Shown here piece after piece: positions 55,718-64,000 of a stretch of 64,000 nucleotides of DNA (within the stretch, counting starts at the first letter, position 1; each line of letters begins with the position of its first letter). Origin of the DNA: Spironucleus salmonicida (taxonomy: Eukaryota). The translations under genes were made by a program, and so were the position numbers. The notes under the pieces are model-generated. The model saw only the letters and a program-made list of their open reading frames with translations, was not told the origin of the DNA and searched no databases. Location of the stretch: the NCBI RefSeq assembly GCF_000497125.1, contig NC_090600.1:1137197-1201196 (forward strand), written 5' to 3'.

Positions 55718-57091
55718 ATGCAGATCCCTGTGTCCCATATAAACTCGTCACTAGTGCCTGCAAAATCAGATGTATACTCTAGATAACTAGCTAAGTAGCA
55801 ATAAGCTAGAATCAAAGAGTAATAGTAAAGAGAACATCTTAAATAGACAAAACTCTAATAAGAAATGTTAGAAGTTACAGGAAAACCAAGAATCAACTAA
55901 AATTTATCTGTTAACAAGCCTTTTAACTAACGTTAAAAATAATATGAAGAACACAGCAAGAAAAAATATTAAATTCTTAACGAAATTCAAAAATAACAGC
56001 AATAAAAGCTCACATTCAACCCAAAATTGAATCCAGCTAGCTTATACCTAGCTGAAACGCGTAGAGCACTAGATATATAGGCATCAATGCTTAAAACTAG
56101 CAATCTACAAGCCATAGAGGATACACACTATCCAGAAATCACAGAATATGCAGCATCGCTCAAACGAGAGGGGAATATCTACGATAAACTATCTTAACCT
56201 CGAGTTAAACCAGGAGAACTCTTGATCGAAAGTGCGTCGTTATCCGAATATGCGGTCAAGCCTAATAAACAAGAATAGATTCTCCATGCTGAAAAGATGC
56301 ATAGCGAATATAGCCGGTTCCTAGTTAAACGCGAAGTGTTGAAGGAATAATTTGACCGCGAAATGATAGGCACATGTGAAGAAATGGATGTTGAGCGTAA
56401 AGTGCGTAGAGACGTTTTAGCATACAAGGCTAAAATTCGTGAAATTTAGTAGTAAGGATCTGAAAAACAACAAGAGGCCGAAAATTATACTTTTAGACCT
56501 GAAATCAATTAGATTTCAAAACTTTTGACTTAAGAATAAGCAGATTTTAATGAGCGCTATTATGATGAAATCGAGTAACTCAAGAACCGGCAGATAATAA
56601 ATCAGAAGAAGAAAGAGCTACAAGAATTTGAAGTATTTTCTTTCTCCCCAGTAACTAATACGAAGAACAAGCACTCCGATCCGGATCAGTCGCAAATCGA
56701 ATTCTTCGAGCGCTAGGAAAAGCTCATAGAAAAGAAGAAGAACTAATAAACAGAGAGGGATAACCTACGTCGACTATAAGAAAATCGTGAGATTCAGTAC
56801 GTCCAGCAAAACTGTAACAAATCACACACGACTAAAGTTCCACAAATTGTGAAGTGCAATCTACTCGCCTTGGATCAGGACGACAGAGACAATTTAGCGA
56901 CATAGCTGCTAGATTTTGATAATCTTCCCGAAGATCAGAGGAGGAAGACCCAGAGACAGCTCCAACTTGGTGGTGGTGTGCCACTTACTACAGCCTACCT
57001 GATGGACAGCATTGCGAGCCACAGCGAGCGTGTTAAGCGAGCAAGAGAGGATAGGTTGAATTTATAAAACAAGCTTAAGCTTAGGGAGTGA
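55718..57091 (+). CDS. Coiled-coil protein with TFxPxIN-type motifs
   Basis: TGKPRIN, TFNPK, YTFRPEIN, FSFSPVTN; ends GAG TGA. Confidence 0.75.
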
Positions 57092-57102
57092 ATTTTACAT
57101 AA

Positions 57103-58221
57103 TCACTTTAGACCGCTGTAGTTTCGGATATTTGGAAGACCAATTAACTGGCTGCTCCTGATTGGAGACGATACCTTTCTTACTGGGCTTCGAATTCTTG
57201 ATGCTGCCGCTCTTTTGACGACTTTTGGCTTTATAACCTCATCGCTCGTCTAGCTTTCTCGCTTGTGTAGTTAGTCTTGTCTTTGCTAAATATTCCAATG
57301 TCTGCCTTCTTGGATGCATAGATATTACTATTGCCCTCCTAACACTGCACCTGGCCTAACTAATCGCAGCCATGCTATCGCTTCACGGGCAGTAAATTTG
57401 TACTGTTGCATCAATAGAAGCCCAATCATTGTTCCAGTGCGTCCAAGTCCAACTCTGCAGTGTACTGCCACTCTAGGTTCTTAATAGCAAATTTTAAGAA
57501 ATTTTTCAACAATTTCATCCGAAGGATTTGAACCGTCAGGATATGGTAAATCATAATGATGAATTCCATTTCTAACAAACTCAACTTTGTTGTACAAAGA
57601 CTCATTCAGGCGGACAATTGCAGTAACATTTAGAGATTTTAATTCCTTTATTGCTTGTTACGGTGTGAACGGCCATGTGCTAAAAAGTGGAGACGATTCG
57701 GAAATAGGAGAAGGTAGTGCAAATATTTTGTTTGGAATCACAATAGAAATTAGCCCATTCTCTTTAGTGTAATATTATCTGAACAATTCTATATTAAAAA
57801 GCTACAAATTGAACACTTTTTGTGTTAGAGCTCTATGAAGTGCCCATAATAAATCTTCACACAGAAGCTAATAGTGAGATATACCCGGTGTTGCATCTCT
57901 AAAACCTATAGGCTATAAAGTGTTTGTGATGCCAATAACTTGATTTATATCTACTCCTGAAAAAAGTGAATAAGCACCTGCAAAAAATACAGAATTAGCA
58001 ATAGCAATATCAGTTTTTGGTGTTATCAAATTAAATTTTTGTTTAATATTCAGGGTTTATAGTAAAAAGTCCACTAGATCTGGTAATATAAAAGGTCCAA
58101 TATACTCTGGTAAATTTTCTGCTTTGTACAGTGTTACTGGACATATTGAGTTTCCTTAGGGTATACTTTGGTCCTCCATTACACTGAATATAAGATTTGG
58201 TGGAAACTATACATCGCCCAT
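57103..58221 (-). CDS. CDC14: Cdc14-family dual-specificity phosphatase
   Basis: FRDA, VRLN..LY, DL.YPDGS.P, VAVHCRVGLGRTG, AIAWLRLVRPG. Confidence 0.92.
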
Positions 58222-59072
58222 TATCAGAATATTGCCTAATTTTTTAATACATATAATTAGTATTCTATTATTAGGTTTATAAAAATAAAATAAAATATTC
58301 AAGTATCATGATTAATAATACTAAAAATAAATGAACTGTAAATATCACTCATTCTGCACTATTTTCTATTTTTCAGAAAGGTAATTATATGCATATGTTA
58401 TAGACGTAGTAGAATTAGACATAACTATCAGTATAACAATATAGAAGTAACTTAAGATCTGAAATATAATAAATTATCCCTAAACTATTACAAGGTTATG
58501 TTTTATATTATTTAGCAAACATATATATTATTGTAAAAAATATTTGAATTGGGATTGCCATAACTTATAATTTTAATTAGATAATTGATATTACTACAAA
58601 AATTATAAGATAGTATTTACATCGCGATACAAGTAAATTCTTATCTTGAATTATAGAAATAAAACATTATAAGTTTGGAACACTAATATTATAAAATAAG
58701 TAATATCTAATTTTATGCATACTTACTAATAATGCTTGTTTAACAATAGTTTAAAATTCTTACTTCACTGTTTTTAAGCACTATAAATAAAACACTGAGC
58801 AATTTTTTAACACTTCATACTTAAGCAATGATATAAAACGAATAGATTAAATTTGATAATTTTCTGTTCTAAAAGTATTTAACCAATATGCAGTTGCTAG
58901 ACGTAAAAATATTATTAAATTGATAGTCAAATACTAGTTATGGAATATTTTATCTAAAAGTTAATAAATTTGAACCTTTTCATCGCTTTTTTAGGTAAAG
59001 AATATTTTTGATTTATTTAATCAATATTCTTCATTATTATATAGTTAATTTCTAATAATCAGACATTCCACC

Positions 59073-59990
59073 ATGGGATGTTCAGCCACACTATTGGCAA
59101 CGCCTTAAACAATGAAATCACCTAGAATGTTGCGGGATCAGACTAACATCATACTATAACCTAGATTATTATCTAAAAATAAATCAAATGTATCAAGTAA
59201 TTCGACGTGCACCTAAAATTTAAATTCCACAGATTCATCATCTTCTAATTCTTAAGACTCGCCAACATTCTCACTCCTTACTGCGATTGATGAAAATAAC
59301 CAGAATTTTATCTTCAGAAATCGAACAAATTTCGATTAAAAATTATTAACTCCACTTATTTATTCAATTTAGTAAGGGAAGAGCGAATTAGCAAATCTTC
59401 TTTTAAATTAACAAAATCCTATTTTCAAAGGTACAACTGCACTAATAGAAAGTGTCAAAATGGATTTTGCATAACTTATCTTGCAGCTGAAAAGTGAGCT
59501 CCGTAGGGTAGACTCAGATGGTAACACGGCTTTAATACATGCAGTTAAATTGGGACGGAATGAATTGATGATATTCTTAGGAGCTGAAATAGGTATTGCT
59601 AATAGGAGTGGAAAGTGTGCACTAGATTATGCAGTTGAAAATTTTAACAAAGAAGCAATTTAGTTTCTTGGTGCCGAAAAAAATGGTGAATTTTATATTA
59701 TAGATAATAATTATAACTACTAGTTTCTTAAAATAAACAAATTGCATACTTCGAGCAATTTTAATTAAATAGAAGTTAAAATAATACTGAATATTACTTT
59801 AAGTATTGAGTAATACTCATTGTTTCTAAAGAAAAAACAAGCATTATGTCATTTATTTCATTATTTATTACTAAAATTACTCAGATTAAACATGAAGAAA
59901 CTAATTAGGTTATAAATCAATAATTTACCTTGTTGCACTTTTATAAATGGGAACTTGTATGGAAGTTTTAGATCTGGATGCCATCACTGA
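59073..59990 (+). CDS. Ankyrin repeat protein with MGC N-terminus (3' end uncertain)
   Basis: TPLIYSI, GTTALIES, DGNTALIHAV, GKCALDYA. Confidence 0.8.
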
Positions 59991-62968
59991 ATAGCAAGAA
60001 CCCATACACAAAGTCGACTATCACCACCAAAAGAACTTAGAACGATAGCTTACTGCCAATTCTTTCGAAAACAGAAGGCTTTTTTCGAATTCTACTCTGA
60101 ATCAGTCGGCAATTCTGGAGGCCCGAATAGAAGATTTTCTGTGAGATATATCATTACTCAATCAATTTTGCTGCTAAATACGTCATCCTACAAGGATGAG
60201 GTCTGCGTTGGCTCGAAATTTTGTTCCATCTTCTCGTATTCTCTTTCGATTCCCTCTATGTCAATTTGCTTACCCTGGCTGGACTGAATCTCGAACATCG
60301 TCTGCATGAAGTTCATCCTTTCGTGCAGTTCGACCAACTTTTGATCGATGTGGCTCCCGTTGAGCTTCTCTGCCTGCAAATCGCGCTCAATTTTGCGGAT
60401 ATCCGGCTTGAATTGCGATACATTCAGCTCTAGTGACCTAATGCGGTCTTCTGTGTTTATTAGGCTGTCGGCCAACTGTTGAATTGAGTTCTGCAGTTGC
60501 GAGTTTGCCAAAGAGTCTGGCATCTCAAAATTGCTGATATTAAGACTCGTTTCATGCATCTTTTCTGCGATAATATGGACCTGCTGTTTTAGCATGTCTA
60601 TCTAGCACGGATCTGAGGTTTACTGAATTTAGAACTGATTCTGCTCAAGCTGGTCAATAATACTTTGAATTTCTGAAAGCTGGCACTTAATTAAAGCAAT
60701 CTCTTAAGCTTGATGCTGGGCCTATTATTAGAGCTATTCCTAGTTGGACGCAATTATTTCGAAATTTTCAAGTTTTTCTTATAGCTGAGTGATGTTTACT
60801 TGAATTGCATTTATTTAATCCTAGTTAATCGTTAATTCAGAATTTTATAAATCTTAAACTGGCAATGATTCAATATATTAATTATTGAACTTATCTTCAA
60901 CTACAGATGCTGTAATAGGTAAATTATTGACTTAAATATCATGCTTTAGTTTATCAATTTAATTCATCATAAATGCTATACTTTCTTAGATTAATTTTTC
61001 GATATTATTGGCATCTCTAACTTCGCTATTCAGCATTTGTTTTGATAAATCTTCATCAAATTATTAAATTTTATCTTAAATTAAATCAATTTATTTTTAA
61101 ACCTCTTAAAATATTAATATTAAATCGTTATTATGTGTCTGGTTTTCTTTTAGTAGCAGTATATCATCTTATTACTATGATAAAATAGAATGAATTTATT
61201 CAACATCTTGAATTTCCTCTTATTCCTTATTATTTATTGTACTATTAAATTTGTCCTCTAAAAGTTGAAGTTTATTATTAATCTCATCTTTCTCTGTTTA
61301 ATTTTCTGACTCAATCACTTTGCAATTGATTTTATCTAAATTTTCTAAAATGATAGGAATAGCATTTGTTTTATTAACCAATTCTGAATAATCCTATTTT
61401 GTAATATTAAAAGAGTTACTTTTAGGTAAGGATTTAATTTCCATAGTAACAACTTCTAAGCTTTCAATCCTGACCTTATTTTCATTAATTATACCTAAAG
61501 ATCTGTTATATTATTCTTAAATTTCTATTATATTTCTAGCTAATTAATCTTTTTCTTCAGTTAAAGTTATTAACTATGTAAATATAACATCATTATCCTA
61601 TTAACTATTTAATGAATCCAATAATTTACTCTTGAGAAGCTGTTTTCCTTAAATTTATTCAATACTATTATTAATCTCTATAATTTAGGTTTGAATAGTA
61701 TTTATTTTAAAATTAAGCTCTTCTGATAAATTAAAAAGATTATTAATTTAATCATCTTCCTTAAGTTTATCTTCATTTTCTCCTTTAATAATAGTTTTTG
61801 AGAATACAGTATTTCCCATTTCTTCATAATCTTATTAAAGCTATTCAATTTGGGGAATTATTTCCTCTAATAACATTTCTTTAATTTAATCTAAATCATT
61901 ATTTGGCTCTACTTTTTTCTATTAATTCAGAAGTAATATAACATTTGCTGTTTCCATTTTAACAGCATCAGATGTTAGCGTAACTTCTTATAACTACTGC
62001 TCAGTCTGTTATTACATTTCAATAATACTAGCTTAGTCTTATTTTATTCTTTAAATATCGTCATTAAAATTGGTTTTATATAAATCTTATGATTATTAAA
62101 GTAATAAAATCTTCTGATTAATTTGACTAATCATTGTAAAATATTTCTAGTTAGCATTATTGCTATCATTTTATTATAGCTTCAATAACTCTGATCCCTA
62201 TTCTATAATTTTATCTTTTTATTTTCTTATAATCTCTACAAGTCTATCTTATTTTTTCTCTAATTGAATCAATCTATCATCATATGATTATTTTAATCCA
62301 TCCTATTTATTTTATATAATATGTAAATCAGTATACCTTTTAGTAGTAGAATCCTTGAATAAATTAAAATCAACTTAATATCTATTCTGATTTATTTTTT
62401 CAACTTCGTATACTTTTTAGTTTTACTATAGAATCTTTTTCATTATTTTCAGTTTTCCATTCATAGATATAAGTCGCTTAGAAAGAAGAGTATTAGTATT
62501 TTCAAGTTTAATATAGTCTTACGCATTAGGATTAACCTAGTTTTATCTTTAATATTAAATTTAATTTTCTAAAATAGATAATCGTCTTAAAATTTCACCA
62601 TTATTTTATTGCATATTACTTTATGAAATTTCTTATTTAGGATGAAGAATAGAATTAATTAATGATGCTCTTTGTGCCTGTGATTCTAATAATGCCTCTT
62701 AAACCTAAGGATCTAACTATGGAGTTTTCTTGATATTGTAAATATTTTCGTTAGGATTAAGTTATTCAATAGAACTGGCTATAAAAGATTTTAGATAATC
62801 ATTTTAATTTCTTTCAGAATGCTTTAATGCCTATTCAACCAACTTTCCCGCTGGAGAACTATGATCAAACATATCTATATGATTTAGATTAGGAGTTTAA
62901 TTTTTAGTTTTTATTGGCTTTTTAGGCTGCTAAATGGTAGTTCTTTATACTGATTTGGATTTCTACAT
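59984..62968 (-). CDS. Large coiled-coil protein (~994 aa)
   Basis: Q/E/I-rich heptads; includes track ORF 60188-60595 in frame; ends CAG TGA. Confidence 0.8.
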
Positions 62969-63075
62969 TTGAAATTTAATAAGTATAGTCATATATTAAT
63001 ATATATTGTATATGGTCGACAATACTTTTTAAATTATCAAATAAATATGCAATGTATATAATAGAATACAAAAAA

Positions 63076-64000
63076 ATGGATCTTGATATTTCTTCATCTA
63101 GTTCTGAATTTTTAAGCATACATCTTATTCTACAAGCCGCTACAAATATTCCTATTAAACTCAATGAATTGGTGCGGTTTCCAACCTTTAAATCACCAAA
63201 GCTTATATTTATAATTCCAATTGAAGAATTTTTGAGAAGAAATTCTATTAAGTAATTCATTTTAAATGAAAATAAGCTACTAAATGGAGCAATATAGGCA
63301 TTTGAGATGAAATTTTCACCAACTTAAGAATCAAAAGAGTTTATAATTTATACAGGACTTCCTATGCGCTTCTAAAATTCAGAATTAGTTGAAATTGAGC
63401 TTAAAAACATAGTATTATTATACAAAGCTAAAATATAAGTCTAAGATTAGTATATTCATTTAACATAATAGTAAAAATTAAATTAAACGACGTTTTATTC
63501 ATCTATGGCTGCGTTTAGTGAAAATCAGATTAATTAATTGACGTCTTTAATTAACGAAACCAACAAAGAAACAATTAAAGCAGAAAGTTAACTTGCCAAT
63601 ATTTATTAGTAGTCACTAAAAGAAGTTTAGTTACGGAGCTAATTTTCTATTAATATGCTAGAATCGATGAAATTAGGATTCTAAAAATAAAAAACTAGAA
63701 TTGAAAAAGTTATTAATTTAGTAGGATTATCTGAATAAGTATATACAGATGATAATTCTACCAGTATTTAATGCGCTACATGCCCTGTTGATTTATTTAA
63801 TGAGAAAACTCTAAACTTTAATCTCAAACTAACTATTGTAAACTAGATAAAAGTTGATAATAATTTCAGTTCAGCTTTATAATAGAATTATATATCATAT
63901 GATTCTGAACAGTTACACTAAGATGCATAGGATTACTTATAATTTTAGAGTGATTAATAATAAGCTGTATATAGAAGTTTAACAGCTAGTTATGCAATTT
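63076..64000 (+). CDS. Hypothetical protein (3' truncated by window)
   Basis: MDLDISSSSSEFL... appears open to the window end. Confidence 0.65.

Overview
AT-rich, gene-dense eukaryotic DNA with no introns detected. It reads coherently only if TAA/TAG encode Gln and TGA is the sole stop (translation table 6). That code, C-rich motifs just upstream of ATGs, AGTGA overlapping stop codons, CxxC-rich membrane proteins and tiny intergenic spacers point to a hexamitid diplomonad, most likely Spironucleus (inference). The supplied standard-code ORF track fragments real genes and includes many antisense shadows. About 45 CDS were re-read by hand, including an ABHD17-like hydrolase, ELMO domain protein, Spt4, Arl3, phospholipase B, GSK3, two amino-acid permeases, UDP-GlcNAc pyrophosphorylase, bacterial-type TtcA, ERCC4 nuclease, LRR protein, Vps25, ArgRS, MFS sugar porter, two cysteine-rich membrane proteins, ankyrin proteins, R2R3 Myb, MYCBPAP-like protein, PP2A catalytic subunit and Cdc14. 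The main structural oddity is an apparently identical 845-bp GC-rich inverted repeat (23870-24714 / 28803-29647) around a 4.1-kb spacer. Its inner boundary cuts through Vps25 exactly where codon usage flips from GC- to AT-ending. A second GC island (7.7-8.8 kb) has a similar layout of divergent small ORFs. Coordinates and GC estimates are by eye.
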